From: Elainellaceae cyanobacterium
Lineage (GTDB): Bacteria; Cyanobacteriota; Cyanobacteriia; CAZCXK01
DNA length: 40,069 nt
NCBI GenBank assembly: GCA_051117555.1
Contig: JBNPEG010000015.1
Coordinates: forward strand, 18,650-58,718
Direction of reading: 5' to 3'
A program made the position numbers and the translations under genes. Positions 16,774 to 26,773 of this stretch are shown piece after piece; position 1 is the stretch's first letter; every line of letters starts with the position of its first letter. Under the pieces are notes generated by a model. That model saw only the letters and a list, made by a program, of their open reading frames with translations. It made no database searches and was not told the DNA's origin.

Positions 16774-18027
16774 TCATGCCTTAAACACGATTGCCGGATC
16801 AACATGAGTAACCTTTTGAATCGCAAATAGCGCCGACCCCACACACATAAAAACAGTGATGCCAAATACCCCGGTCGCCATTAGGGGAGTGATCAAAATC
16901 ATGATGCCTTGAGTGTTAAAGGTCCAAATTCCTAATCCGAGGCACAACACCATGCTCGGCGCATATCCCAAAACAGCCATCCAGAGAGCTTGCTCGATGA
17001 TTACCCCATAGATTACTCGGTCAGACGCTCCCATTGCTTTAAGGGTGCCATATTCCTTCAGATGGTCGGCAACCGATGAGTAGAGAATCTGCCCAACAAT
17101 CACCATGCCGACGATCATGCCGACGGCGGCGCCAAGCCCTAACACAAAACCGATGCCTGTTCGCAGCCGCCAGTAATTTCGAGTACGACTCGCCATTTCT
17201 TCACGAGTGTAGACAGCAACGTTTGGAAGGGTATCTGCTAACCGCTGTTTGAGAATGTCCAAATCCTGATCCGGCGCTGCACGAACCAACACATACGAAA
17301 TCGGATCGGATAGATTGAGAGGCTCAACGTCGGTGTCAGTTAGAGTATCCGTCTCTGATGAGTCTTGGCGTTCATAAACCGTTGTACAATCGAGCCCTCC
17401 ACCCGCTTGAACGGCACATTGAACACTCGACGACAGACCTGCTGTTGAGTATACCTTGGCATTCCTCAACGACGTGAACACTATCGAACTTGATACGATC
17501 GATTGAGTTCCTCGTGCTAAGCCCACCAATCGAACGACTTCAGAGTTGATTTCTGCCTCTGAACCGACTCCCTCAAGATTCAGTGAATCGAGACTCGACT
17601 CATCAATGATGATGGTGCGAGGCTCTGTCAAATCGCCAATTTGACCCGCTGTAATATCTTGTAGCCTAAACAACTGACCATTGGGATTAAACCCAATAAT
17701 CCGAACGGGTGCGATCGTTCCTGATGCGCCCCGCCACCGCCCAGTTGCCAAAAGCAATGCTTCAGCCCGTTCGACTCCTTCAATCTGTTCAGCTTGAGAA
17801 ACTCGTTCGAGGGGCATCGGTTGCGTCAGCTCAAAATACACCATTTCCTCAGCCGCTATCCAAATATCGGCCTCAGAATCATCAATCAGTTGCGCGGTTG
17901 AGCGAGTAAACCCATTTAGAATACCAATTTGAATCGTTACTAAACTAACCGCAAACATGATTCCTGCTTGGGCAACGAGAAATCTTGGAATGTCTTCAAA
18001 GAGATTCTTGCGTGCGATTGAAACCAT
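16774..18027 (-). CDS. ABC transporter permease, DevC/MacB-FtsX family
   Basis: IARKNL...RFLVAQAGIMFAVSL, ADIWI, QILYSSVADHLKEYGTLKAMGA and DPAIVF. One plus three TM layout. Confidence 0.92.
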   Translation of the reverse strand: MVSIARKNLFEDIPRFLVAQAGIMFAVSLVTIQIGILNGFTRSTAQLIDDSEADIWIAAEEMVYFELTQPMPLERVSQAEQIEGVERAEALLLATGRWRGASGTIAPVRIIGFNPNGQLFRLQDITAGQIGDLTEPRTIIIDESSLDSLNLEGVGSEAEINSEVVRLVGLARGTQSIVSSSIVFTSLRNAKVYSTAGLSSSVQCAVQAGGGLDCTTVYERQDSSETDTLTDTDVEPLNLSDPISYVLVRAAPDQDLDILKQRLADTLPNVAVYTREEMASRTRNYWRLRTGIGFVLGLGAAVGMIVGMVIVGQILYSSVADHLKEYGTLKAMGASDRVIYGVIIEQALWMAVLGYAPSMVLCLGLGIWTFNTQGIMILITPLMATGVFGITVFMCVGSALFAIQKVTHVDPAIVFKA

Positions 18028-18062
18028 ACCGCAATAGAAAATTGATAGGCTGCACCACTATT

Positions 18063-18143
18063 GTTACAGAGTGTTATCGTTACAGAGCGCGTTTACAGAG
18101 CGCGTTTACAGGGCGCCGCTATAGAGTGCGGTTACAGGGTGTG
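18063..18143. repeat. Degenerate 13-bp tandem repeat (KTTACAGAGCGCG-like), 6 copies
   Basis: Units at 18063, 18079, 18092, 18105, 18118 and 18131, about 35 bp upstream of the permease start. Confidence 0.8.
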
Positions 18144-18223
18144 GTATGAGAGTGGGTTGATCAGTTGCTCAAGTTGATCAATTTAAACTGCTCTATAGAC
18201 ACACTGCTCTGAAAAATCAAATA

Positions 18224-18303
18224 TAGCGATCCTAAATCGTTTGTGAGTTGGTTGTGAGTGGTAGGGCAGGCGGCGCCTTACCACAACCCATCTGGGATTG
18301 CTA
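18224..18303 (-). mobile_element. MITE-like dispersed repeat, family 1, copy C (80 bp), TA on both flanks
   Basis: TA-TAGCGATCCTAAATCG...CCATCTGGGATTGCTA-TA. Its reverse complement aligns to copy A. Confidence 0.78.
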
Positions 18304-18733
18304 TATGACGAATATAGTTTGGCGTTGTTGACCCGATGAAGGCATATCTAAGTCCAAAACCGAAATTATTTCTCAAGAGATATTATTTAAAGAAAAATTT
18401 TCGGGCGTGGAATGGATGTCGTTTGCCAGACTCTGCCAATTTAATATGCTTTGTATGAATTGGGAGTTAGGCGTGTGCCAGTAAATTTGCCTATTCAAAA
18501 GCGTCCACTAAAGATGATTTTGAGGGTTTGAGATGAGCAACCCCATCAAAACCGTTGATAAATCTATATGAAAAACTGTAAACAAATCTTGCTATGAATC
18601 CGAGCAGACTCTCATAATCAAGACGTCATTTAATAATAATATGCCGATTTAATGGGTGTGCAGCTTTGTTGCCAAGGCTGACGTTTAACTCGTTAAAGTA
18701 GGGTTAGAAGAGAATTTAGGAGCGATCGCAACA

Positions 18734-19207
18734 ATGGGTCTGATTAGAAAGTTGCTAGGTAGCATCTTTGGTTTTATCAAAGGAATCTTTGGTTTCCTGG
18801 GCGGGTTGCTAGGGATTGGAAAATCATCTGAATATTTTCTTGAGCTAGATGATTCTCAGGATGCTTCCCAGTCTAATGCCAATACTAATGGTGTAGCGAG
18901 TCAGGACAAGTCTGCCAGCGCTACAAAGCCTGCTCAAGCTAAGCCAAGTCAGTCTGAGGCTCAGCCAAAATCCCCGTCAGCTAACACCTCTACGTCTCAG
19001 CCTTCACCATCCAAACCTCAGCCTATGTCCCAGCCTAAGCCTGCTCAGGTCGCTGCTTCATCCAGTAAGCCTGAGCCGGAAATGAAGACATTTGCGCCTA
19101 ATTTTATGTTGTCTCTGTCAACTAAGAACGGTCGCCGTCGGCCTGGTCCTAGCATGAATCCGTTCTTGGATATGGCAAAAGATATGAAGTCACCTGGACG
19201 GGCATAG
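18734..19207 (+). CDS. Hypothetical cyanobacterial protein: amphipathic N-helix, S/P/Q/K-rich linker, C-terminal RRRPGPSM motif
   Basis: 157 aa with an AGGAG RBS. YFLELD and TFAPN...RRRPGPSMNPFLDMA blocks flank a low-complexity region. Confidence 0.8.
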   Translation: MGLIRKLLGSIFGFIKGIFGFLGGLLGIGKSSEYFLELDDSQDASQSNANTNGVASQDKSASATKPAQAKPSQSEAQPKSPSANTSTSQPSPSKPQPMSQPKPAQVAASSSKPEPEMKTFAPNFMLSLSTKNGRRRPGPSMNPFLDMAKDMKSPGRA

Positions 19208-19311
19208 TTCTTGGTGTCCCAGACTGGGAGCGTCTTAGCTGACTGATAAAGCTCTAAGTGCTGGCGGATATCTCGCGTACCAATATGAGAATTCGACCCA
19301 GGTCGACCCAT

Positions 19312-19333
19312 AAAACCCGCACACGCGGGTTTT
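19312..19333. terminator. Likely bidirectional intrinsic terminator
   Basis: AAAACCCGC-ACAC-GCGGGTTTT between convergent genes. Confidence 0.75.
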
Positions 19334-19352
19334 GTTTGCTTAGAAGCGTTTT

Positions 19353-20453
19353 TTAATGAGTCGGATATAGAAAAACGAGCCCACTGTAAATCTGAAATGC
19401 AGGGTCCCAATTTGTGCTTGATTTACGAAACAGATCGATATGCGTTTCAAAGGTTTCGACGAGATCGAGATGGTCTAAAGCAGTTTCGGCAAAGCTTGTG
19501 AAACTATTGGCTGTCGGCACATTATTGAGGTTTCGGTCGAGCACCTGAAGCAAGCTATTCCATCGAAGCCGGAGTGTAGACTGACTGCCGCCTGTATTGC
19601 CATTTTGCTGAGCGCTAAACTGGATTCCGTGCTGAAACTGATAACTTCGGTCACAAATTCTCAGAATGCAATGTCGTTTTGGAAGATGCAAGTCGCAGAT
19701 TTGGGCATAGTCTTGGGTCTTTTCCTTACGGGTAAGATTATTTCGAGCATCTAAATCAACAACATTTTCAAATATAGGAAGCAGTGCTCGTACCTGTTGG
19801 CTCACGTCTGACCAATCAAAGGTCAGGGTGCCCAGGTGCCCCGATTCATTTTGACAAACAACCGACGGTTGAGGCGAGGTTGTCTGAATATATTGAACTC
19901 GAAACATTCGAATCTTGCGAATCTGGGATAGGGCCACCCAAAATGCTGGAATCCCTGCATTGCGAAGTTCTTTCCCATAGACTTGCAGTTCGCCGATTGT
20001 CCCGGTGCGATAAAGTCGCCAGCCTCGACTGGGTAACTGGAGTTGTGCAGTATAAGGGTCGAGATTCATAATTCGTGCCAGGCTTTGAGCCGCGGTCTTC
20101 CTTGCGTCGCCATGAATCGGTTCTAACACTAAGAATCCCGATCCTGAGTTGCCCGCGTGATCTGCCATTTCTTCTGCTCGGGCGATCGCCTGCTGACGGT
20201 TCTCGCGTTCGGCCACCTCAAGCCGAATCAACCCTTGTCGGGCTTGGAGTGCCACTTTAGGGTTCAACACATCGCGTAAGAGACTGCGATACAGTGTTTC
20301 GGCAACGTCAGGTTTGCCGCTGGCCTCATTCAGCATTGCCGAATAAAGACGCACCCAAGGATCGTCAGGAAATTGCCTAAGCAGAGGCTTGAGCAATTGA
20401 GCGGCCTTTTTATAATTTTTTTGCTCAAATGCAGCAGCGACGTCTTCAATCAT
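19353..20453 (-). CDS. Hypothetical protein with an N-terminal TPR-like region
   Basis: 366 aa. AFEQKNYKKAAQLLKPL...PDDPWVRLYSA...AETLYRSLL forms TPR-like helices; the remainder is unassigned. Confidence 0.8.
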   Translation of the reverse strand: MIEDVAAAFEQKNYKKAAQLLKPLLRQFPDDPWVRLYSAMLNEASGKPDVAETLYRSLLRDVLNPKVALQARQGLIRLEVAERENRQQAIARAEEMADHAGNSGSGFLVLEPIHGDARKTAAQSLARIMNLDPYTAQLQLPSRGWRLYRTGTIGELQVYGKELRNAGIPAFWVALSQIRKIRMFRVQYIQTTSPQPSVVCQNESGHLGTLTFDWSDVSQQVRALLPIFENVVDLDARNNLTRKEKTQDYAQICDLHLPKRHCILRICDRSYQFQHGIQFSAQQNGNTGGSQSTLRLRWNSLLQVLDRNLNNVPTANSFTSFAETALDHLDLVETFETHIDLFRKSSTNWDPAFQIYSGLVFLYPTH

Positions 20454-20686
20454 GCTAACGGTGAAAATCCTTATGACGTGGTGTTGACTGATTTGCGATA
20501 GTTAGGATGCGCTGGAGTTAATCAGGATGGTGTGGCACACCGCGCTCTACACCACCATGTCTATAGTTGACGCAATTACAAAGCGATACACTCGGCATTG
20601 CCCGATGCGTTTTTACTTAATCTCTAGCTTAAAAGGATTGCTGCCGTTATGACCGATGAATGAGCGGAGACGTGTCTGATTGAAAT

Positions 20687-21418
20687 TTATTTGTTTAGAG
20701 GATACGTGCGTTCGAGGGTTGCGGCTATGATGGCAAGTGCCGCAATCGGGGCCGTTGTCGCTCTCAGAATGCGGCGACCCAGTGAGACTGGCTGCCATCC
20801 GGCGGCGATCGCCGCCTCGATTTCTGAAGGTGTCCAGCCGCCTTCTGGTCCGGTTGCAAGGATCAGCGGCGAGGAGAGACTGGGCGACTCAATCGCGTCG
20901 AGCAGGAGAGTCGATTGATTGCGAGCGGCACAAATATAACGAGAGGTGCCGGGGTGGATAGACCATGCGGTCTGAGAAGAAACGGGATCATCAATTTGAG
21001 GAACAATCTGTCGCTCGGCTTGTTCGGCTGCTTCTTTGGCGATGCGCCGCCAGCGTTCAAGTTTGTTTGGGCTAGGGTTGAGTAGAGTGCGATCGCCAAG
21101 GATGGGTTGAATGTGAACAACTCCGAGTTCTGTGGCTTGGCGGACGATATCATCCATGCCCGTTTTGGGAAGGGCAACCATCAAACCAACTGACAGCGGC
21201 AGTTCATTAGAAATGGGAATTGGCTCTAGAAGCTGTGCGTCCAAGTGTGCGGTTAGTTGGGCGAGCCACCAGTGCCCTTGCCCGTCAAGTGCGATAAAGC
21301 GATCGCCCGACTGCAATCGCAACACTCGATTTAAGTAATGATATTGATCTGACGTCAGGGTTATGATATCCCCTTCAATCTGGGCGGAGGCGATCGCTAC
21401 CCGCTGAAGATTTGACAT
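20687..21418 (-). CDS. rsmE: 16S rRNA m3U1498 methyltransferase RsmE
   Basis: HYLNRVLRL, QATELGV, RWRRIAKEAAEQAER, GPEGGW and SLGRRILRATTA. Confidence 0.95.
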   Translation of the reverse strand: MSNLQRVAIASAQIEGDIITLTSDQYHYLNRVLRLQSGDRFIALDGQGHWWLAQLTAHLDAQLLEPIPISNELPLSVGLMVALPKTGMDDIVRQATELGVVHIQPILGDRTLLNPSPNKLERWRRIAKEAAEQAERQIVPQIDDPVSSQTAWSIHPGTSRYICAARNQSTLLLDAIESPSLSSPLILATGPEGGWTPSEIEAAIAAGWQPVSLGRRILRATTAPIAALAIIAATLERTYPLNK

Positions 21419-21441
21419 GTCGCCTGCTCATAGATCTGGCA

Positions 21442-21777
21442 TTAACCCAAAATTCCAAAATAGGTGAGAACCCAATCCGTCACCCCCGTATTGATTAGTT
21501 CGTGGGTTTCCCCAGGTTTTACTACAACACATGTTCCCGAACGGAGGGCGTGAGCTACCCCATCCACATAAATTGTGCCACTGCCCGTTTCGACAAAGAA
21601 GACTTCGCTCATATCGGTATGGGCATGAGCGCCAGCGACCTGTCCTGGCTTGAAACATGCCTGAGAAAAGTACACCAGATTGGGAGCATCTCCAACCGTA
21701 AGCATGACCTTTTTTTGAATATTAGGATTATGGGAGACAGATTCTTGCGGGATGGCTGATAAGGAAACAGACTTCAT
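21442..21777 (-). CDS. Cupin domain protein
   Basis: AHAHTDMSEVFFVETGSG and VKPGETHELIN match cupin motifs 1 and 2. Confidence 0.9.
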   Translation of the reverse strand: MKSVSLSAIPQESVSHNPNIQKKVMLTVGDAPNLVYFSQACFKPGQVAGAHAHTDMSEVFFVETGSGTIYVDGVAHALRSGTCVVVKPGETHELINTGVTDWVLTYFGILG

Positions 21778-21940
21778 AAGATGATTAGGCCGCCTTTCGA
21801 CCGAATTCTATTTCCCCCGGTTATAACATCAGCCCAATCTCAGGTTAGAATCTCAATCTCTGACGCTCCAATGCGTAAAAATCTCAGTGGTTTGAATTGC
21901 AATGCCCGTAGGGCTACGAGAGATGATATGAAGAATTTTT

Positions 21941-21973
21941 AGGTTCCTAGATTCTTCAAAAATCTAGGAACCT
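21941..21973. terminator. Perfect 13-bp stem hairpin, possible terminator or stabiliser
   Basis: AGGTTCCTAGATT-N7-AATCTAGGAACCT downstream of the YHS gene. No U-tract on either strand. Confidence 0.4.
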
Positions 21974-22051
21974 GTGACTGGTTAGATTGCCGCTAATCTT
22001 TTCGGGCAGTTCTAGTACTCACCAAAGTAGCTTGAACCTGTAGGCAAAAAT

Positions 22052-22840
22052 TTACCACCAGAGAGATGCAGTCGTAAGGATATCAGGCCAATTTGCGTTG
22101 GCTTTGGCGATGTTACCAGCAACATCTTGCAGCCACTGTTGCTGCACCTCTAGGCTGTAGTTCAGGTATAGCTTACCATCCACAATTTCCCACGCCTCGG
22201 GGTCAATCGGTGCCAAATTTCCCTCAGCCATTGCCTTAGCGCAATATCCACCGTATTCAGGGGCGAAGGCTTCAGGGTTGCTGGCAAACTGGTCGCGGTG
22301 TTCGGCACTCGCAAATAGCCAGGTTGCTCCCATCCATTCATAGGAATAGTTACTGCCGCCCTGCACGACTTCTCCCTCAGTAAAATAGGCGACTGGGTCA
22401 ATTCCACGAATCGCAACGCCATCGATCGCAAAGATCTGGGGTGCAGCGGTTTCAAGTGCTCCTGCACAGGGGTCGGCACTGGCGCACGGATTAGCAGCGC
22501 AGGGGTCGGCACTAGCGCAGGGGTCAGCACTGGCGCACGGATTAGCAGCGCACGGATCGGCACTAGCACAGGGATCAGCAGCACAGGGATCAGCACTGGC
22601 GCAGGGATTAGCAGCACACGGATCGGCACTAGCACAGGGATCAGCAGCACAGGGATCAGCACTAGCACAGGGATCAGCGCTGGCGCACGGATTAGCAGCG
22701 CAGGGGTCGGCAGCAGCACAGGGATTCACCTCTGACGCGCATGGATTGGCATTAGCAGGTGTACGAAATGCAGCAATCCCAGAGGTTCCAAGAGTCACCA
22801 CGGAGGCAATGGCGACTAGCGCCAGATACTTGATTTTCAT
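22052..22840 (-). CDS. Secreted YHS-domain protein with N-terminal Cys-rich [DN]PCA repeats
   Basis: Signal peptide ending in ANA, 17 [DN]PCA units, then AIRGIDPVAYF, WLFASAEHRDQFASNPEAFAPEYGGYCA and IVDGKLYLNY. Confidence 0.9.
   Translation of the reverse strand: MKIKYLALVAIASVVTLGTSGIAAFRTPANANPCASEVNPCAAADPCAANPCASADPCASADPCAADPCASADPCAANPCASADPCAADPCASADPCAANPCASADPCASADPCAANPCASADPCAGALETAAPQIFAIDGVAIRGIDPVAYFTEGEVVQGGSNYSYEWMGATWLFASAEHRDQFASNPEAFAPEYGGYCAKAMAEGNLAPIDPEAWEIVDGKLYLNYSLEVQQQWLQDVAGNIAKANANWPDILTTASLWW
22460..22747 (-). repeat. Coding repeat of mostly 15/18-bp units encoding 17 x [DN]PCA
   Basis: 96 codons. The units differ at synonymous positions while the peptide is conserved. 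Confidence 0.95.
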
Positions 22841-23167
22841 AAAGATAATTTCCCAAGTAATTGTGGACTATGCACATTCATGAATTGAGTACATATAGCT
22901 ACCAGTGAACTTGGGTTGGATAAGCTAGCGCTGATAGGATTATTAATTTTAGATGAGATTAACGTTGGGTGAAATCAACGCGCGATCGCCCGACTTAGGA
23001 ACGTAGATGAAAACCTGCCAAATTTTCACGTTTGCAGGCATCGCACGCCGTACCCTGATCTAGAAATTCTACGTGGCTCCATTTAATCTCCCTCCCAGGG
23101 GCAAGGTTTATAAAGAAAAAAAGTTCCAAAATTCTGAGTAGCTTTACAATTTGAAATATGCTTCTCA

Positions 23168-23185
23168 TGCAATACGTGTATTGCA
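23168..23185. promoter_or_regulatory. Inverted repeat TGCAATAC-GT-GTATTGCA, candidate operator
   Basis: Perfect 8-2-8 inverted repeat about 50 bp upstream of the ATG at 23237. Function is inferred. Confidence 0.4.
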
Positions 23186-23236
23186 GGGGAGCTTGCTTAT
23201 CGTATCTGTTGTATTTTGCTCGCTCTGAAGGGGTCT

Positions 23237-24568
23237 ATGGACATTTCCTTATTTAGGTCAGTTGCTCGTCAGTATGAACATTTGCGTCAAGTGAATACGG
23301 TTTCGATGATGAATGTCATCAGCCAGACCATCGAAGACCAGATTATCCAACATCAAATACCGTTAGATTTCTATGTCGGATTTCAACGGTTTTCTCATTT
23401 TCCGGATCAGCTTCGACGATATGCCCGATTAGGGCGCACCTGTCGCCGGGTTTATGTGTTTGGTGTTGCTGATTATCCTCCGCCTTCAGTTCCGGGTATT
23501 GAGTTCATCGAAATCTCACCCACGTCGGCACTGGCAAGCGAATGGTTTTTACTCGTCAACACGCCTAATTTTTGGGCAACCTTAGTGTCTCAAGAAATGG
23601 ATGGGCAAGATCCGGTGACCGGGGGACGACAATTTGACGGATTTTGGTCCTATGACGAGCAGGTCATTGAACGACTAGCGTTACTGATGTCGCAAATTAT
23701 GGAAATGCCGTATCACCCTCTTCAACAACGTAACTATCATCAGCAAAGCGACCATATTTCTGAGATCAGTAACCGAATGCTGGAACTGCTGGGGAAATCG
23801 GAAAAAATGAGTCAGCGCCGATGGGTCCAGCTTTGTACGACGCAGAAACTGGCTGAACTGTGTTCTGGATGCTCGTCAAATTTACTTCATGATGTTGCGC
23901 GTATATTGCACACTATTCTCGGTGCATCGGGGGTTGTGATTGCATTGAGTACGTCCGACACCGAATACACGGTTTCGGCAATTGATGGCGATGCGAGCGG
24001 CAAAGGGTGGAAGATGTCGGTTGCAGAAGGCATGATTGGGCGCGCCATTCAGCAGCGACGCGTCATTCAAATTAACGATGTAGAACTTGGACATGAGCAT
24101 GATGTGTTATTGCCGTCAGCCCGGTCATTGATTGCGGTTCCTATCGTCAACCGCCATCTCTATGGCGTGATTGCGATTGGTCATACCAACCCGAATCACT
24201 GGAGTTCTGACGAAGGAGAAACATTACGCACCTGTGCCAAAATCTTGGCATCAAAAATCGAGCAGGAGACTCGGTTGCCTGAAAATCCGAGTCCATCGCT
24301 GCTCGATATGAATTTATCGCTTGATCCAACCTTACGGTTTGAGCAGTTCATGTTTGAGCATCAACGCAATGTTGCATACTTGCTTGCCCTTTATCGAAAA
24401 CTACGAGTGCTAGGCAATCTCACGCCGTCTCATGTCCATATTCTTAGCCACATCGAAACGGCGTATAAAAAGTTAGTCAAATCAACGAAAGAGGCAAAGC
24501 AGTTGTTGCACCAGCAGCGATCGCTCAATTCAAAAGCTGAAACAAAATCAACCACCATCCAGTCTTGA
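23237..24568 (+). CDS. DICT sensory domain plus GAF domain protein
   Basis: SQTIED, GFQRFSHF...RYARL, VYVFGVAD, LASEWFLLV, FDGFWSYD (DICT); GMIGRAIQ, SLIAVPI, YGVIAIG (GAF). ATG at 23237 preferred over TTG at 23216. Confidence 0.85.
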   Translation: MDISLFRSVARQYEHLRQVNTVSMMNVISQTIEDQIIQHQIPLDFYVGFQRFSHFPDQLRRYARLGRTCRRVYVFGVADYPPPSVPGIEFIEISPTSALASEWFLLVNTPNFWATLVSQEMDGQDPVTGGRQFDGFWSYDEQVIERLALLMSQIMEMPYHPLQQRNYHQQSDHISEISNRMLELLGKSEKMSQRRWVQLCTTQKLAELCSGCSSNLLHDVARILHTILGASGVVIALSTSDTEYTVSAIDGDASGKGWKMSVAEGMIGRAIQQRRVIQINDVELGHEHDVLLPSARSLIAVPIVNRHLYGVIAIGHTNPNHWSSDEGETLRTCAKILASKIEQETRLPENPSPSLLDMNLSLDPTLRFEQFMFEHQRNVAYLLALYRKLRVLGNLTPSHVHILSHIETAYKKLVKSTKEAKQLLHQQRSLNSKAETKSTTIQS

Positions 24569-24625
24569 CGATATCTCAATCCGGAAATTGGGATGCGCCG
24601 TTGAGTTTCTGGATGCCGGTCTGGT

Positions 24626-26551
24626 CTATGTCAGAGTGTCGAGATATGAGGCGATCGCCTCAGTCGCGATTTCGGTCATGGGTCTACCCTGAAGCGTTGA
24701 CGTGGCCTTGAGTTTTTCATAGACCTCGTCCCGCACGCCAATTCGATAGCGAGCCTTACCGCTTGATTTTTTAGAGCTTGCAGATGAAGCCGGTTGATAA
24801 CTCGCCGCAAATGTTCGCAGAGCCTCAAAGCCAACTCGATGGCAAAAATCACCAAAGCTTTCAGGATTCGGTCGTCGCTGTTGCTCTTCCTTGAAATAGA
24901 CCAATAGCGGCTCTAGAGTGGCTTCCAAATCCTCACTCGCCATCTTGTCGAGATAGGGTTCGGCCAGGCGAGTCTGATTGGGATCAGCCCCCAACCATAC
25001 CTGGTAAGCGCCTGGAGCCTGACCAACAAAGCCGAGTTCGGCAAGATATGGACGAGCGCACCCATTAGGGCAACCCGTCATGCGAATCACGAAGTGCTCC
25101 TCCGGAAGCCCAAGTTTTTTAAGAAGGGTACGAATCCGGTCGAGCATTCCAGGTAGCGCGCGTTCTGACTCCGTAATTGCCAAACCACAGGTGGGCAAGG
25201 CGGGGCACGCCATTGAATAGCGAACCAGCGGGTCTATATCGTTTTCCCCTTGAATGCCGTGGCGATCGAGAATCTGTTGAATGTCTCGCTGCTGGGCAGG
25301 CTCAATCTCGTACAAAATCAAGTTGTGGTTTGCGGTCAGGCGAATGGGCAATGCGAAAGCCGCTTCAATTTCTCGCAGAGCCGCTTTGAGCTGGAGCGTA
25401 TCGGTGTCTTGGATGCGACCATTCTCGATAGAAATGCCTAAAAACAACTTGCCGTTGCCTTGTTCGTGCCAGCCCAGGAAGTCTTTGTACTCAAACTTCG
25501 GCAAAGATTTGTAGGGTTGAAGCTCTTTGCCAAAGTAGTCTTCAACCGTTTTCCGAAACTTCTCCAGGCCCCAGTCATGGAGCAAATATTTCATGCGGGC
25601 GTGACGACGATTGACGCGATCGCCATAGTCTCGTTGAGTCGCAACGATGGCCTTAAGTAAATCATAGACATCATCTTTGTCTATGTAGCCAATGGGATCA
25701 GCAAGACGAGCAAAGGTTTCTTCCTTGTTGTGGGTGCGCCCCATGCCCCCACCAACTAACACATTAAAGCCCTCAAGTCCGCCCTGGTCGTTCATCATCA
25801 CAACCAGGCTGACATCTTGCGAATACAGATCGATCGAGTTGTCTCCGGGCACCGTCACCGCACACTTAAATTTGCGCGGCATATAATGGTCACCGTAGAT
25901 GGGCTCTTCGCTGCCGTGAACTAGAGTGCCGTTCCCATTCTGCTGACGTGCCGCAACGACATCAGGATGCTCTTCTGCCGTCATAAACTTTTCGTCGTCG
26001 AGCCAAATTTCGTAGTAGGCTCCGGTCTGCGGAGTGAGAAGATCCGCGATGCGATTGGCATAGTCTTGAGCATATTGATAGTCTTGGCGATTCTTGTAAG
26101 GGGCCGGAGGTGCCATCACATTCCGGTTTAAGTCTCCGCAGGCTCCCAAGGTCGATCCCATGTTGCGAATGATGGTGGCAATGACTGTCTTAAGATTTTC
26201 TTTGAGCACACCATGGAGTTGGAATCCTTGACGAGTCGTGACGCGCAGCGTTTGATTGCCGTATTGATCGGCCAGCTGATCCAGCACTAGATACAGCTGG
26301 GCTGGAATATATCCACCCGGATTACGGGTTCGCAGCATAAATTGATAGTCTTTTTCCTGCCCTTTCACCCGATTATCGCGATCGTCTTGCTGATACGAGC
26401 CGTGAAACTTGAGAATTTGCAGACCATCGTGACTGAAATGCGTCGTATCTTGCAAAATTTCAGTTGCAACAGGCTCTCGCAGGGCATTGCTGCGTTCTTT
26501 AATGCCTTCTAGCTTAGAGACTTTTTGAGGTTTTGTTGGAGTAGTTACCAT
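24626..26551 (-). CDS. sir: Ferredoxin-dependent sulfite reductase
   Basis: [34 protein letters not shown] and PRKFK. Siroheme/4Fe-4S ligands CPALPTC and GCPNGC. Confidence 0.96.
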   Translation of the reverse strand: MVTTPTKPQKVSKLEGIKERSNALREPVATEILQDTTHFSHDGLQILKFHGSYQQDDRDNRVKGQEKDYQFMLRTRNPGGYIPAQLYLVLDQLADQYGNQTLRVTTRQGFQLHGVLKENLKTVIATIIRNMGSTLGACGDLNRNVMAPPAPYKNRQDYQYAQDYANRIADLLTPQTGAYYEIWLDDEKFMTAEEHPDVVAARQQNGNGTLVHGSEEPIYGDHYMPRKFKCAVTVPGDNSIDLYSQDVSLVVMMNDQGGLEGFNVLVGGGMGRTHNKEETFARLADPIGYIDKDDVYDLLKAIVATQRDYGDRVNRRHARMKYLLHDWGLEKFRKTVEDYFGKELQPYKSLPKFEYKDFLGWHEQGNGKLFLGISIENGRIQDTDTLQLKAALREIEAAFALPIRLTANHNLILYEIEPAQQRDIQQILDRHGIQGENDIDPLVRYSMACPALPTCGLAITESERALPGMLDRIRTLLKKLGLPEEHFVIRMTGCPNGCARPYLAELGFVGQAPGAYQVWLGADPNQTRLAEPYLDKMASEDLEATLEPLLVYFKEEQQRRPNPESFGDFCHRVGFEALRTFAASYQPASSASSKKSSGKARYRIGVRDEVYEKLKATSTLQGRPMTEIATEAIASYLDTLT

Positions 26552-26773
26552 TTTTTATGTAAACCGGATGAGCTAACACAGGTCGAATACCGAAGCGGTG
26601 GGTGGGTAAGGAGTGGGGAGTGGCGATCCATCTCCGGTAATCCGATAGGAATTAGGGAGTATTTGAATAAACTAATTTTATCATCCTATCCCTTATCCAG
26701 TTTGAGATTAATCATTAGAATTTAGGGATTGAAGAAGATGGGGAGATGCCTAATTATTTGGATTGAATTCAGA

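Noticed and set aside
22241..22243. Selenocysteine in the YHS protein
   Set aside because: The GGYCA Cys codon is TGC, not TGA, and the ORF is uninterrupted.
22162..22719. 185-aa alternative-frame ORF (VLLIP repeats)
   Set aside because: It is a by-product of the stop-poor [DN]PCA repeat. Synonymous variation favours the YHS frame.
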